Origin: Azolla caroliniana
Taxonomy: Eukaryota; Plantae; Polypodiophyta
Reading direction: 5' to 3'
Assembly (NCBI GenBank): GCA_043228905.1
Contig: JBHGNT010000007.1
Coordinates: 6,572,001 to 6,636,000 of the forward strand
Length of the DNA: 64,000 nt
This document shows positions 48,230-61,820 of this stretch, in pieces. The translations under genes and the position numbers were made by a program. How positions within the stretch are numbered: position 1 is the first letter of the stretch; every line of letters starts with the position of its first letter. The notes below the pieces were generated by a model. That model worked only from the letters and a program-made list of their open reading frames with translations, made no database searches and had not been told where the DNA came from.

Positions 48230-49414
48230 TCATGTTTGAATTTAGTTTCTATATCCAATCAGGGATTATTGCTCTTAGCTAAGTAACAGCCAAAAACCTT
48301 TGAAGGCTTTGCTTATCTTCATGACAACTTAACAGAGTACTGACAAGATTTAGCAGAGAAGTTAAATAGAATGTATGTAATGCTGTCGACCTTGGGGAAT
48401 TTCTTCCTCAGATGCAGAAAGAAACAAAACATTCAGGATTTGTGGTGTGTTTCTGGAGACATCTTCAGAGCTATGGATGTTGCTATACAGAAATGAAAAC
48501 CATGTGAATATGGGGATATGCTTGCAACAGCCGTCAAACCTCTCAAGCGGTCTGAAAATGCTTTGCAAAGATCTTACAAATTGTCCAGGTTGTGGACTCA
48601 ATGATTTCATATATATATATATATATCAAGCCCTGTTTCGATAATTAAACACCTTACTGCAGCAAGCATCTTTTTTAAAATGCCTTGCCTGTGGTTTGTA
48701 CATTTTAGTAAATAGTATGTTCAAACTGCCCATTCTTTTAGTTATTGCCAACCCTTTCTGAGCCAAAGGCTAGCTTACCCATGTGAAAAGCAAGCTTGCA
48801 CATATTACCAATATTGGGATGCTTAACAAATTATTTGTTCTCTTCTATGGTCTCGTTGCTCAATTACTTTGAGACAAACACATGGGCTGTAAAACAATAC
48901 CTGGAAGGTACGTTTTTATCCTCTTTTGTGCTACCTATTTTAATGAGTTTATTTTTGTCAAATGCTTACTGGTCAACAGGGGTAAATGATGCATACTAGT
49001 GTGAATGACTCACATGCAGAAAGAAGGCATATGCGCACAAAATGACATAATTGCAGAAAGGTATACTCGTAGCAGAATTGTTTTCAAAAGGAATGCATAT
49101 GCTCATGCTTGTGGAAATATAAAGGAGAGTGGATAAGTTGTTGGACGAAGGTGTCCTCTATGCCTTTTGCTTACAAGGTTTCCTTCCAAGTTATTGGAGA
49201 AGAATTATGCAAGAACAGAATTGTATAAACTTGTGATAGATTTAGTGCCTCCAATGCGTTTATAACCCTGAGCTTTGCTAGGAAGATTTGTTCATTATGT
49301 CAATTATATGCATGAACTTGTGATAGATTTATTGCATTATATAAGTTTATGGCTGACCTTGGGCTGGGCTTTACTACCAAGACTCATTTATCATAGTCCT
49401 TCGAGGCATAATAG

Positions 49415-49636
49415 CTTCATACAGTGCAAATTTTCAATGAAAACATATAAAATTATGAACCATTCAAAATTGCTTCATTGCAAAATTTCAATGAAAGCAT
49501 ATAAAATTATGAACACTTTTACATTGAAAAATACTTTGTTGCAAAATTTCAATGAAACAAAAGCAAATTATGAACGTCTTGATACATTGAAAAGTACTTC
49601 ATTGCAAAATTTCAATGGAAACACAAAATCATGAAT
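49415..49636. repeat. Minisatellite, four imperfect ~55-60-bp units
   Basis: Core ttgcaaaatttcaatgaaa..aaattatgaac repeated four times. Confidence 0.8.
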
Positions 49637-49946
49637 GGTTCTCTAAAGAATGCAAACCATTGGATAAAAGCCAGTCAGTCAGCTGCACTTTCTATATTTG
49701 AATTTTAGAATTCAACGATATAGCCTTGTAGATCTATAATACTATGAGGAAAGTGTATACCCTCATGAAGACAAGCAATGCTTTCATAATGCTTTCATAA
49801 TGCTTTAAATGCACAATAATTTCTGGAAAGCCTATTCTACTAGAGCAAAATACGGAACTACAAATGTGAAGAATTAAGCATCAGCACATGACAAATCAGC
49901 ATATTTATCCATTACAGTAAAGATGACCCCAATTTTAGAGAAATGT

Positions 49947-50150
49947 CAAACATATTTCTATATTGTTTTACTTATATACATTGACCGTACAGAAGATCAA
50001 TTCTTATTTGAGGTCTCAGGGACCAAAGATAGTAGCCCCAATCCTAACATTTGTGCTTCCCATTATATGCAAAACATGCACCATTTCAAGTAAAAGAAAT
50101 GTTACAAATGGAATCGTAACTCATTCACTTACTACAGAGTTTCAACTTTG
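49947..50150 (-). pseudogene. Degenerate duplicate of the PLPBP last exon and flanks
   Basis: Copy of 50231-50433 reading [15 protein letters not shown]. The acceptor AG is lost and there is a premature TGA. Confidence 0.8.
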
Positions 50151-50283
50151 TCAAGAAGATTACATCAATACGTGACGAATGAGCAGACGCACACATTATA
50201 ATAAAGACAGCTCCCATATTAGGGCAATGACAAAACATATATTTCTATATTGTTTTGTTTCTATAGCTTGAACATACAAATGA

Positions 50284-53200
50284 TCAATTCTTTTTTGTAT
50301 AGTCTCTAGAACCAAAAATAGTAGACCCAATCCTGACATTTGTGCTTCCCATTTCAATCTGCAAAACATGCGCCATTCGATTCAAAGAAATGTTACAAAT
50401 GGATACATATCTCATTCACTTACTATAGAGTTTTACATGCATACATACATGTGTTTGTACAAAATATATATGCAAATATACCAATACCAAACATACACAA
50501 GATTTAGGTATGTCTCAAAAAGTCACACGTATTGAAAAAGGAGCAAATGTCGAACATGCATATACAGAAGTATTTATATGTACATATGTGTACATCCTAT
50601 AAATATGCATACATACATAATATTATATATGAACATATATAATACTATATAAACTTGTATACTATTACGTGCATGCATACATAACAATTGACTTGGAAAC
50701 AACAGGCAACATTTTCAACAACAAACTGTCCACATATTTCATAAAGGACTGCTACTTCATCAGAATGAAGAGTGAAACATCAAACAAAATTTAACACATC
50801 TTCCGGTGTAATGTGAAACTTCAAATCTATATCAGAAAGATTGTTAATAACAACTATGATTACTTACCGCTTGCTCGAAGTCCCCTGACATACCCATTGA
50901 GAGTTCAAGCTCTTCTTCTGGAATCCCTAGCTCCTTAGATACCTGTTGTCTGCACTCAAATAATGTCTGCAACATTCGTTTTAGTATGCTACACAAGATT
51001 CAAATTTTGATTAATTTATTGACTTCCTTCCATTTGAAACTCGATTGATGTGTATACTTCATTCTATTTAAAACTTGATTGAAACCTTCACAATTGAAAA
51101 ATGTGACCTTAAAGTTTGCTGGACAGGAAGTATAGTCAGGCATTCCAATGGTCATCAAACCCAAAAATTTCAAGTGCGGACATTGAAACTTCACATGTTT
51201 TGCTAGGTCTAAACACGCAGGTGGTTCTACACCATACTTTGCTGTAATAAGTTATAAAATGATTTTTAAAATATGAGGCAAATAAAATATACTAGTCTAA
51301 GAATAGCATACAGAAAGAGGCTTACATTCCTCTCCACTAGTGTTAACTTGAACAAGCACATTCAGAGGAGGCCTTTCAAGTCCTTCCACAGCTTTATCAA
51401 GATTATTTGCAACCTGCAAAAGATTAAACTTGTTGATGCCAGAAATTTGGTAGACCTTCAAACTGATGTTTTTTACATCAGCATAATGTATTTGAAGGAC
51501 TTTTTATCCACCACAGTAGAACCTTAACATCACATATATTTCTCCATAAGGTCTTTTTCTTTCCATGCTAATAACACCATACTACGAGTAAACCTTGGAG
51601 TTCTTCATTGAATGAATTGTTAAACAAATTCACGAAGTATGAACAAATCAACCTTTCTAAAATCTCACTGTTATCATCCTTAAAGACACTTTGAAAGATA
51701 TGATTCAAACTCCAAGAGAACTCAAGCCATAGATACAAATTTTACTGCGGCATCAACTGGGTTGTATCACAATCCAGAAACTGAAAGCATGCTTACACTG
51801 AAACAGTGAATCTAACACCTTTTGTAAATCACTTCTATAAGTTGATACTTCTAATCTTACCTTGGTATTATCAACAGTTTCCACCATGAATAAATTAGGA
51901 ACTCCAGCTGCATTTCAAGAATTTTTGTTCAGAACCAAATTTTGGCTTTTAATATTCAGTTTCAGGATTTATATTAACACAATCTAACCGTAACACTTTA
52001 ATAGGCAACTTTTACTACAGAATGTGCAGAAAGATAAAACTTACCTACAAGTGCCTTTGCCTTGTTACTTTGTAGATGACCAATAAAATGCCATTTGATA
52101 TCATTTGGAAGCTGCAGTTATCCAGCTCCCAAATATTAAACCCATGCATAGGAAAACTCAAAGAAGAACAGCTTAAAATAGGGACCAAAATTTATCACCT
52201 ATGACTTCAAATTGATTATGATGAGACAACAATAAAGGAAGAGGCATAAACATTAAGTGCAAGGGTGTCAATCTAAATTTATAATCATGTAATTCTCACA
52301 CAAGTATTTTAACGCGAGATTATATTCTTTAAACTTTTTAATCAATTTGAAGATGCTATTTCATTTTTAATGAATCTTGATGTATCTCAGACTCCGTCAA
52401 AGAAAAATCAAGGAGATCAGATCCACATACTCTCATAATGCCCTAGAAAGCATCGCTTAGATGGTCACATATCCTGAGGAGGGCCACCTTTACACCACAC
52501 TGACCCATGTATTTCATTCTGCATCCTCCATTATTACGGTCTAGAGCTACAGCTAATTTTTGTTCCAGTTCATCACTTTACTACCCAGAGGATATAGGCA
52601 TTTGGCTATATCTCGCCATCCTTGTACCACGAGATCACATCAGCATAACATTTTCCATTGTTACTATTATTGTACTACATTTTTTTGTATCAGCAGACAG
52701 ACATGCACCTCTTGTATGACATATACACTATTTTGTGCAATATCATATGCATGTATGGTTTTATGACTGTGGGTAACTTATAATTTTCTATAACAACAGA
52801 AATTTGTGACCCTAAAACCATTCTTCATTAAGATTTCACTGCAGATTGACATTGTTTCTTTCATCAAACAGAGGTTGTCTATCATAACTGCATCAAACAG
52901 AGGTTCTGTAGAATGTTTATTGTTAATGCAAATTCCAAAGAACCGGATTTACCTGAGGAGCCTTTTCAAGCAATTCTTGGACATAATTCTCCCCAAAATG
53001 CCGATGGCCTGCATCATAGACGTCTTGAATCATTGAGACAGGCTTAGTCTTGCTTACAGCAACAACTCGAACCTGAAACAAATTTGAAATATTATGTCAA
53101 ATTTTCATCTTTCTTAAGGATCCATAGGTAAAAAGAAAATTTTATCTTCCATAACAGGCTCTTGGTGATGTAGAATAAGATAATTACTTCTTTCTTCAAT

Positions 53201-53501
53201 GGGCTCAAAAGAGAACATCAAAACCATTCATTTCTTCTTAATGAAAACATCAAAACATTTCCTCCTCTTTCTTAATCATAACTCAAAAGAAAAAAAGCAA
53301 ACATGGCAAGCAGGTCTTTAATTTTCAAAGGTTTAAAAAACAAACTGAGTTAATTAATCATGAGATAAGGCGAAGGGGAGTCTTTACATTGGAAGAAGGA
53401 GAAGATTTTTGTGAAGCTTGAGAGGCTCTGTGGAGAATATCTCTGAGAGCTCGGACTGTTGATCCTTCTGCCACCGGATTGTTTGTGTTGTTAGTCTCCA
53501 T
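50284..53501 (-). CDS. PLPBP: Pyridoxal 5'-phosphate homeostasis protein (YggS/PROSC family), 247 aa, 8 exons
   Basis: Exons 53501-53388, 53072-52953, 52111-52045, 51907-51861, 51413-51326, 51241-51108, 50966-50868 and 50358-50284, all GT-AG, total 744 nt. Motifs VVAVSKTKP (PLP lysine), [50 protein letters not shown]|[16 protein letters not shown]. Confidence 0.96.
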
Positions 53502-53639
53502 CGTTTACCCGCACAGAGAGAGACAGAGATGGAGAGATGAAGAGAACCTTTTTTTTGAATGTGCAAATGGCAAGTGGATTATGCAAAAGAATCCAAACAA
53601 CAACAAATTGTAATCATACAACTCGATATCGATATCGAT

Positions 53640-55190
53640 GATACAACTTGATATCGAGAAGGCATATGATCATGTAAGTTGGTCTTTTATTACTCAATCG
53701 AGAAGGCTTATGATCATGTAAATTGGTCTTTTATTACTCAATAGAGAAGGCATATGATCATGTAAGTTGGTCTTTTATTACTCAATCGAGAAGGCATATG
53801 ATCATGTAAGTTGGTCTTTTATTACTCAATCGAGAAGGCATATGATCATGTAAGTTGGTCTTTTATTACTCAACTCTTATCCCATATGGGTTTCGGGAAA
53901 AGGATGTCTCGCATCACCTTGTTGGTGGGATTAGGTGCAGTGTCACACATTATGTTAAATGGCGGAGTGTCTATGGCAATACCATTGGCGATATCACTTC
54001 GACAAGGATGCCCCGTTGAGTCCATTGTTATTTGTGATTGCCACACACCCGATTTTGGTGAAGATGCACGAGTTGGCCACATGTGGGGGGGGAAATAGTC
54101 GGACTAGCTCTGCGATTAGGGAAACAATTGATAGCTCATGCATTGGCCGATGATTCGTTCTTATTTCTCAATGCGGTACCTCGTAATATAGCAAAAGCCA
54201 TGGAGGTGTGGAATGTGTTTGCATTGGCAGTCGGGATTAAATATAAATATGCGAAAGTCGGTGCTCATTAGATGCACTGAGAGTGATTTGGTTGATCTTG
54301 GATGGTGTGGCCAAATATTGGATCAAGGCAATGTGTGTCGGCACTTAGGTTACCCTATTGGTGTTGATATCTCAACGTCTCAAAGTTTGAATTGGATATC
54401 GGGAACCATTTTAGACAAATTTATGTATTGGAAGTCTCAAGCATGGACGTTTAGTACTCGTCTCAAAGTGGTACAAGCTATGATGATTCCAATGATTTCT
54501 TAATTTTTGCCATTAAAATCACTTGATCAATTAGCTCGTTCACTTAAATATACATTGTGGAAGAAAGAATCAAGACTAGGTATGAGTTGGGTATCATGGA
54601 ACAATATATGTACTCCAAAACAGTTAGGGGGAGTTGCATTACTAAATTTGGAAGATCATATGGTGGCTCGAAGATTCAATCAGTTGAAAGGTATGTGCAT
54701 AGGTACCCAACCTTGGGCAAAAATAATTCATTATTTTGTGGAAAAGGTTGGTATATACCATGGGAAAACCATAATTACAGCATCGTGGTGGCATGTTGTT
54801 AATAGTACCCGTGCATTTAAATGTTCAGAATCTATTATGGTCCAACAATTAGTGCTTTCTTGGCAACGATGTTTGAAATTATTTCATTGGAGCCCCCTTG
54901 AGTGTAGAAAAGATATTAATTCCTTGGCAGCTGACGTTTTGGCATCTTCAAGGATAATACATTGGGATGGAAAAGAAAGCCTAAATGCACAATTTAATCG
55001 AACGACCATGCTAGGATTGATAATGGTGGAAGATGGTATATTAGAGTCATGTAGGAAAATGATGGACTTTCGGACAGTTAGAAATAAGTTTCATATACCA
55101 CGTGGATACGGGTATATTTGGGAATCAATATTGCCATTACCTAGATTAGTTTTTGTTGGGAATATGTCCCTCCAATGGGAGGAGCCGACT
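53640..55190 (+). mobile_element. 5'-truncated degenerate L1-type LINE (RT region)
   Basis: LDIEKAYDHVSWSF, LRQGCP/LSPLLFVI, ALADD, RHLGYPI, WNNICTPKQLGG, with frameshifts. Confidence 0.85.
53654..53873 (+). repeat. Five tandem 44-bp copies at the LINE 5' end
   Basis: tcgagaaggcatatgatcatgtaagttggtcttttattactcaa at 53654, 53698, 53742, 53786 and 53830. Confidence 0.95.
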
Positions 55191-55489
55191 ATTTGGGCCA
55201 AGAAGTGCCAACATTCGAAGACAAGGATGAGCCAATTGTTTGGGCGGAGTGCCGATGGTTGAAGAGTCGATTGTGAGAAAGTCAATTGGGTGAGTCGACA
55301 GGAAGGAGATCAATGTAGAAAACACGACCGACTAGTCAGGACGACCAGATGATATATGACCAGGTCGACTAGTCGAACCGACTAGACAGTCGACACTAGA
55401 GTCGGCTGATGGCTAATTATTATTATAGATAACAATAGTAGTGATGTGAAGTAGGGGCTACACTTGTAAATAGCCCATATTATGTATGA

Positions 55490-55971
55490 GTATAAATAAA
55501 TCTAGCGCTCGGCCACAACCGAGCCTCAATCTCACAATGGAAGAAATAAAAAAAACAGAAAATAAGACGACACAAGATGTTAACGTGGAAAAACCTAATT
55601 GGGAAAAACCAGGGGAGCCCATAGACTCCAACTATCTTTATGAGAGGAAAGGTACAATGGGAGACTCGGAGGCAACGACCTCGAGCTCTATGTCTTCACC
55701 AACCAGCAATTACAACAGAAGATACTTTTTGTTTCTCTCACTCTCTGTCTCTCTCTATACAATAATAATGACCGCACTACAAAGTGATTGTCCTAAGTCA
55801 TATTTATACTTATATGACTTTAGGACTATTTACAACTATGGCCATGATAGGTACACTAGAAACATATTTACAGATATGTCCCTAGATCCAGTTCACATTG
55901 GATCCGTCCGGTTCAGTTCCTTCCTTCAGCTCGTCTGATCCATCTCATCCGGAGGGACCGAATTCCTAACA
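55490..55971 (-). mobile_element. Copia family A LTR (solo or partial)
   Basis: Family motifs ggagggaccga..cctaaca, cctaagtcatatttatact, gtggaaaaacc and ggccacaaccgag. Left boundary and TSD are unclear. Confidence 0.8.
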
Positions 55972-56753
55972 ATTATGAGTTTTTGGTCATACCTTTTGGT
56001 TTGACCAATGCTCCGAACACTTTTCAGCAAGAAATGAATGACATATTCCGAGAACAATTTGGAAAATCTATCGTTATTTTATTGGATGATATTTTAGTTT
56101 ATAGCCGTACATTAGAAAAACATGCTAAACATGTTTGCTTTGTTTTACAAACATTGCGTGACAAACAATTCTGCGCGAAGATCTCAAAATGCAAGTTCTT
56201 TAAGAAATCAATTACTTATCTTGGACATCTCATAATCGAACAAGGAGTTGAATTTGATCCTTCTCGCATCAAGAAAGTCAAACTTTGGCCCACTCTTCGG
56301 AATATTCGAGAAGTTCGATCATTCCTTAGTTTTTGTTGGGTTTTTGCAAAAATCTCTTGACAATTATTCCCAATTGACGTTGTTTACTGATCCTAAAAGG
56401 TCAAACGCGTAAGTCTACAAACCTTTTGTATGGAACGCTACACTATACCTCGCCTTTAAGGAACTCAAGGATCACATGTGCAAGGCTCCTTTGCTTCTTT
56501 TACCAGATCCTTCAAAACCTTTTAGGTTGAAACCGACACAAGTGATTATGTTATAGGTGTTATCATATATCAAGATGGTAAACCAATAACATTTGAGAGT
56601 AAGAAACTTGATTATGCTTAGTGTCAGTATACCGTGCAAGAAAAGGAATTATTTGCAATTATCCATGCGCTAAAGTCATGGTGCCATTATCTTTATAGAA
56701 ATCGTTTTGTGGTAACTACGGACCACAAGTTCTTGAAATATTTTTGTGACCAA

Positions 56754-58053
56754 TGTAAAGAATCGGGTATGATTCTTGTGTAGTGGAAAAGATGTGTGTT
56801 ATGTGTATGTTTGAGAGGAATTAGAGGAGATAAGAGAGAACACAAGATAGATAGAAAAATGAATACTCAAGAAGAAGGTGTATATTCACAAGTAGAATAG
56901 CAAATACAAAATGTAGCATTACAAGGAGTCACAACTGACTTAGTATAAAGTAGGAGAAAGCTGCTTTATATATAGTCACCCTCTCTCTTCATTAACTAGC
57001 TACAACAACTACTCTCTCTTGGGGAATGTGAAGACTCATAGTCATGGTTGTTTACGTACCCGTATTTAACGTTTAAATACGTATAATACCTCATCATTTG
57101 TATAGTACGTATTATACCTCAATGTTGTTCAGTCAAATATTATGTATATTTGTCCAATACGGTATTTAACGTATTTATAAAAAAATAGGTATAATACGTA
57201 TTTATAAAGAAAATGTAAGTAAAACCCTAACAAAAAGCAAAAGAAAAAAAAGATTTTAGTGAAAAAGAAGGCAAAGGAAAGAAGAAAGAAGAATAGAAGA
57301 GACGACGATGAAGAAGATGAAGAAGAAGAAGAAGAAGAAGAGAGAAAAGAAGACATAAACCTATCTTGAGTGTGATAATCACAGTAGATAGAAGAAGAAG
57401 AAGAAGAAAACGAAGAAAAGAGAAACCTATTATGAGTGTGATAATCGTAGACGATTCCTCAATCTATGAAGGCATAATTGTAAATAATTACAATTTGAAG
57501 TGGAACATCGTGATACACACTTACACTGATTTATAGAATAAGGGAATGTCGACATCCATATTACTACAAGTATTTTAGGATGTGAAATGTTCAAATGTCT
57601 TATATGCATTTTAGGATGCAGAACTATATTGTACATCACAAAATTTTGTAAACATAGATGTTTTTATTATATTATAGCTATTTTTTAGAGAGGTAAACAA
57701 TTTTCAAATTCTAGAAGTATTTAACGTACTATAAGTAAAATACGTATTTAACGTATTTTATAAGTATTTAACATATTAAGAAAACGTATTTAACGTATTT
57801 TTAAATTGGGAGGTACTATACGGGTATTAATACGTTAAATACGTATGGTATCCGTACCGTACCTAACATACCTAACAACCTTGCTCATAGTCATGGGGAA
57901 TATGTAACTCATTAGTTATGTGTCAGAGAATCATATTCTATGACACACAGTTAATGTATAGAGAGTAGTGGTGTGACTCTTGACCTTTGAGTAATCATAG
58001 ATTCTTAGAAGGTGTGTTCACACGTTGCACTATGTTGAGCTTGATTCTGAACA
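56754..58053 (-). mobile_element. Solo LTR of copia family B, carrying a MITE
   Basis: Reverse complement of the 12177-12600 LTR; TSD accaa at 56749-56753 and 58054-58058. Confidence 0.9.
57043..57883. mobile_element. Non-autonomous hAT-type element
   Basis: 8-bp TSD ctcatagt (57035-57042 and 57884-57891), TIRs catggttgtt/aacaaccttg, tacgtattta subterminal repeats and a GAA-rich centre. Confidence 0.9.
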
Positions 58054-59843
58054 ACCAACAAGACCTCAAGGGTCATACAACACGATGGGCAGATCTCATC
58101 CAAGACTTTGATTTTTCCATAAGATGTCGTAAAGGTTCCATGAACATTGTCGTTGATGCACTGAGTCACATCCGTGAAGTTAACATGCTTAGCTTCACTT
58201 AAATAACATCAAATCTTTATGATCACCTTCGAGGAAAGTATCTTGATGACAGTTATTTTTGAAAATATTGGGCAAGAGTTAAGTTTGGAACAAACATCAC
58301 CACAACCTTGAAGGAATCCTTCCACATTGCTAATGGCCTGCTCTATCATAATGGGAAGGTTTGTGTTCCAAATTTGCTTGAGGTAAAAAAGAGAATTCTT
58401 TTTGAATGCCATGATGCACCCTCAGTAGGGAACCCTGGTATACATCGCACACTCATTCTCATTTCCACTTAATTCTATTGGCTTAAGATGCATCTTGGCA
58501 TACATACATAACTATGTGACTAAATGTCACCAATGTTAGGTTAACAAAGTCAAGTGACTTAAAGCCACTTGACTTTTACATCCCTTGGAAATTACCAACA
58601 ATAAGTGGGAAAGTATATCCATGGATTTTATTGTTAGCCTTCCTCGCACCCAAAAAGGCCATGATGTTATTTGGGTTGTGGTTGATAGACTAACTAACAT
58701 GACCAGATTTATTGCTACTAAAACCACAACAATGGCTCCTAAATTGGCTTACCAATTCGTTGATGAGTTATTTTGTTTTTACAAGTTACTGATGGATATC
58801 ACGAGTGATTGTGATCCAAAGTTTACTATAGACTTTTGGACGCAAGTCTTTAAGAAGTTAGAAACTACATTGAGCATGAGCTCCACGGATAATCCTCAAT
58901 TCGATAGACAGGCAGAACAAGTAAATCAAAATTTTGAGGACATGCTTCGAGCATACGTTGTCGTGATGTGGCGTGCTCAAGAGGGAAAAATCGGCGAAAG
59001 GGGGGGGGGGGTCAAAAATGTGCATGTGCAATGTGTGTGCACACAAAAGTGATTAGTTGTGCATATGCAAAATAAAAGGGAAAAGAAAGAGTGGAAATGA
59101 TGCATAGAAGCCCGTGCAAAAAGTAAGAGAGAAGAGAGATAAAATGTAGAGGAGAGACATGCTAAGAATTTATAGAGATAGAATTATATATTATATAAGA
59201 GAGAGTTAGTGGGCTGGTGGATAGTCACATTGACTACTACCTAGAGGTGCACGGTTCTAATCTAGACTTATAGTGTAGCGTGATTTAAGGAATTTATTCC
59301 TTTTTCATTGAAGACAAATTTGGCGAACCCCCCCTCTTTTTTTTTCCTATAAAAGGAGGTCGAGGGGGGCTCATTCGGGAGGATGTTTTGGGAGGAGGAG
59401 ACTATCGCCAATTTTCCTTTGAAGCTCTTCATCTTCTTATTCACCACTTCTCTTCATCTCATACCCCTTCATCCCCCCATTGCCATGTGCTCATCTTCTT
59501 CGCATCAGCACTCGAAGTGCTCTTGAGCCCAAGCTTCGTTGGTTCGACGTTGCTCCACCCCGTTCATCATTGCGAGCCCGTGTGCTCGCCGTTCGAGTGG
59601 TCGTGGTTCGTTGGGATTGGCATTTTGGTGGTGCTCGTGTGTTCATCTTCGTCGAGTTCTGATTTGCTTTTGTCTCTAAGGGCATTTAATATTTATGTTT
59701 TCATTGAGCTTGTGGTTATCTATAAGTTGCCATTGTAAACAAAACCCTATTTTATAAAGGGTCCTCTTGCGTTGGAATCGAACACGTATTTATCTCTTTG
59801 GTCGATATTATTCGTGTTTCTTTCTCTCCTTCTTTCTTTATTC

Positions 59844-60160
59844 GTGTCTTCCTTGTACGTTTGGCCGTCTTGTGACGAGGGAGCGTTTTGAGCGTGCCCA
59901 TGCACCTCTCCTCCTCATAAAGGCGTACGAGCATTTTGTGTGTGTGTTTGTGTCTTCCTTGTACGTTCGGTCGTCTTGTGATGAGGGGGCGTTTCGAGCG
60001 TGCCCATGCACCTCTCCTCCTCATCAAGGCGTTTGAGCATTTGTGCATGTGTTTTGTGTCTTCCTCGTACGTTCGACATCTTGTGACGAGGGAGCGTTCG
60101 GGCATGCCCATGCACCTCTCCTCCTCATAAAGACATACAGACATTCATGTTTGTGTTATC
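59844..60160. repeat. Three 106-bp tandem units inside the gypsy LTR
   Basis: gtgtcttcc..gcccatgcacctctcctcctcat at 59844, 59950 and 60056. Confidence 0.9.
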
Positions 60161-61097
60161 GTCCCCTTGTGCGTTCATGTTGCGTACTCATCTTGCTTGT
60201 ACCCATTTGGTCACTTGGCTCGTGCGGTGATCTCGAAAGCGGTGATCTCGAAAGGGGTCGGGAAGTAGTATTGTCATAAAGAAAACCTCGGGTCTTCTCT
60301 ATCCCTTGAGTACTTAGTCCAAGACCCCCGTGGTCCCGCCCAAGTAACACACGTGCGCGAAACTTTGCGACATAAATTGGTGAACCCGACATGAAAGGGC
60401 GGCAAGGGAGAACCAAGATGCGAGGAGGAGAATTCGTTGAAGTGATGGCAGCTGCGGTGGACTGCTTGGTAAATGCCCGAGAAGGCATCACCGGCCTAGA
60501 CCGGGCCATAGAGATGGTCGTCAGCACAACGGGTCGGTTCAATGGAAGAGATATCACAAGCTACTTGGATGCCTATAAGGCCGAAATGCTTATGCGAAAC
60601 GTCCCCGAAGATAGGCGGCTAACCGGATTCGCTAGAGTGGTAACGTCGAGTATCCACACAGAGGTACTCGAGATCCAAGCGGATTGTTGCAATTGGGTGG
60701 AGTTCGAAGAAAGACTCCTCGAGAAGTACGGCCTTGATGACTCACTCAGAATTTCGAAAAGGGATCTAATGGAGTGGGTTGAGCTTCCCGGCAAGGGGAG
60801 AAATACTATGGTACTTTTACAAGAATTTGAGAAGTGCTTCGCGCGACTCTCAACTCTCGATAGGATGGTGCTTGACACAAGCAAGGTTCTACTATTCATA
60901 AAGATTGTTGATGCACGAGACCGAGAAACGGTGGGGTCCCTCCTCGAAACTGATGATGGGCTCACGACGGATTGGGCTATGGTAAAACGGGTTTGTAGTC
61001 GCTTCGATAAGAGAAGGGAACGGAACGACGGGTCTCCATTGAGCGGCCAAACATCCATAGGCTCCATTAGTGAGACACATGAACCCAGGGGTGGTAG

Positions 61098-61820
61098 TGA
61101 AAGGACTACACGCTCCGCAAACAACGCTTGGCCACAACCGAGTCTAGGATCAAACACAAAAAAACGGATAATGTACGCACGACACAGTAAAGAGAAGAGT
61201 ACACAGGATGTTTGCGTGGAAAACCCAAACACGGGAAAAACCACAGTAGTCCACAGACTGCAAACTATCACTATATTACAATATACAATAGATGAACACA
61301 GAGGCAACGACCTCTTGTTCACTGTCTTCGCCACAAGCGGCGGTTACAACAGAGACAACGTCCTTTTCGTCTCTCACTCTCACTCTCTCTCTCTCTCTCT
61401 GTACACGGTTGCACTCAAATCTTGCACCAACAAGAATGACAACTACTCTGCACTAAGTTTGCCTTGAGTCATATTTATAATAATATGACTTTTTGGCTAT
61501 TTACAAATATAGCCACAATGGACTCTCAGAAGCATATTTACAAATATGTCCCTTCATCCGGTGAGCACTCCTCACCGGGCCTACATCATCCGGCTCTTGT
61601 TGGGCACTCGTCATCCGGTTCTCACCGGGCCTTCACCATCCAGCTCTTGCCGGGCACTCATCATCCGGTTCTCACCGGGCCTTCCTTGCCGAGTACTCGT
61701 CATCCGGTTCTCACCGGGTCTTCCGTTGCCGGGTACTCCACATCCGGATTCGGCCTCGGCCGAGTTGCTCATCAACTTTGTTCTTCTCACTTCCCATCCG
61801 GAGTGACCTGTTTCCTAACA
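61098..61820 (-). mobile_element. Copia family A solo LTR inserted in gypsy gag
   Basis: TG..CA termini, TSD ggtag at 61093-61097 and 61821-61825, and the family repeat array. Confidence 0.9.

Larger units (their letters stand above)
55972..58958 (+). mobile_element. Degenerate Ty3/gypsy pol (RT, RNase H, integrase), interrupted
   Basis: YEFLVIPFGLTNAP, LLDDILVYS, EKELFAIIHALK, WESISMDFIVSLP..VVVDRLT. Confidence 0.9.

Noticed and set aside
53654-53873. CRISPR-like 44-bp array
   Set aside because: These are head-to-tail copies without spacers, and the unit is LINE RT coding sequence.
55190-55480. gtcgac/ccgactag-rich tract as a distinct element
   Set aside because: It is probably an LTR or UTR remnant, but I could not define termini, a TSD or a second copy.
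60391-61467. 358-aa ORF as a novel fusion gene
   Set aside because: It is gypsy gag reading through by chance into an antisense solo LTR bounded by the ggtag TSD.
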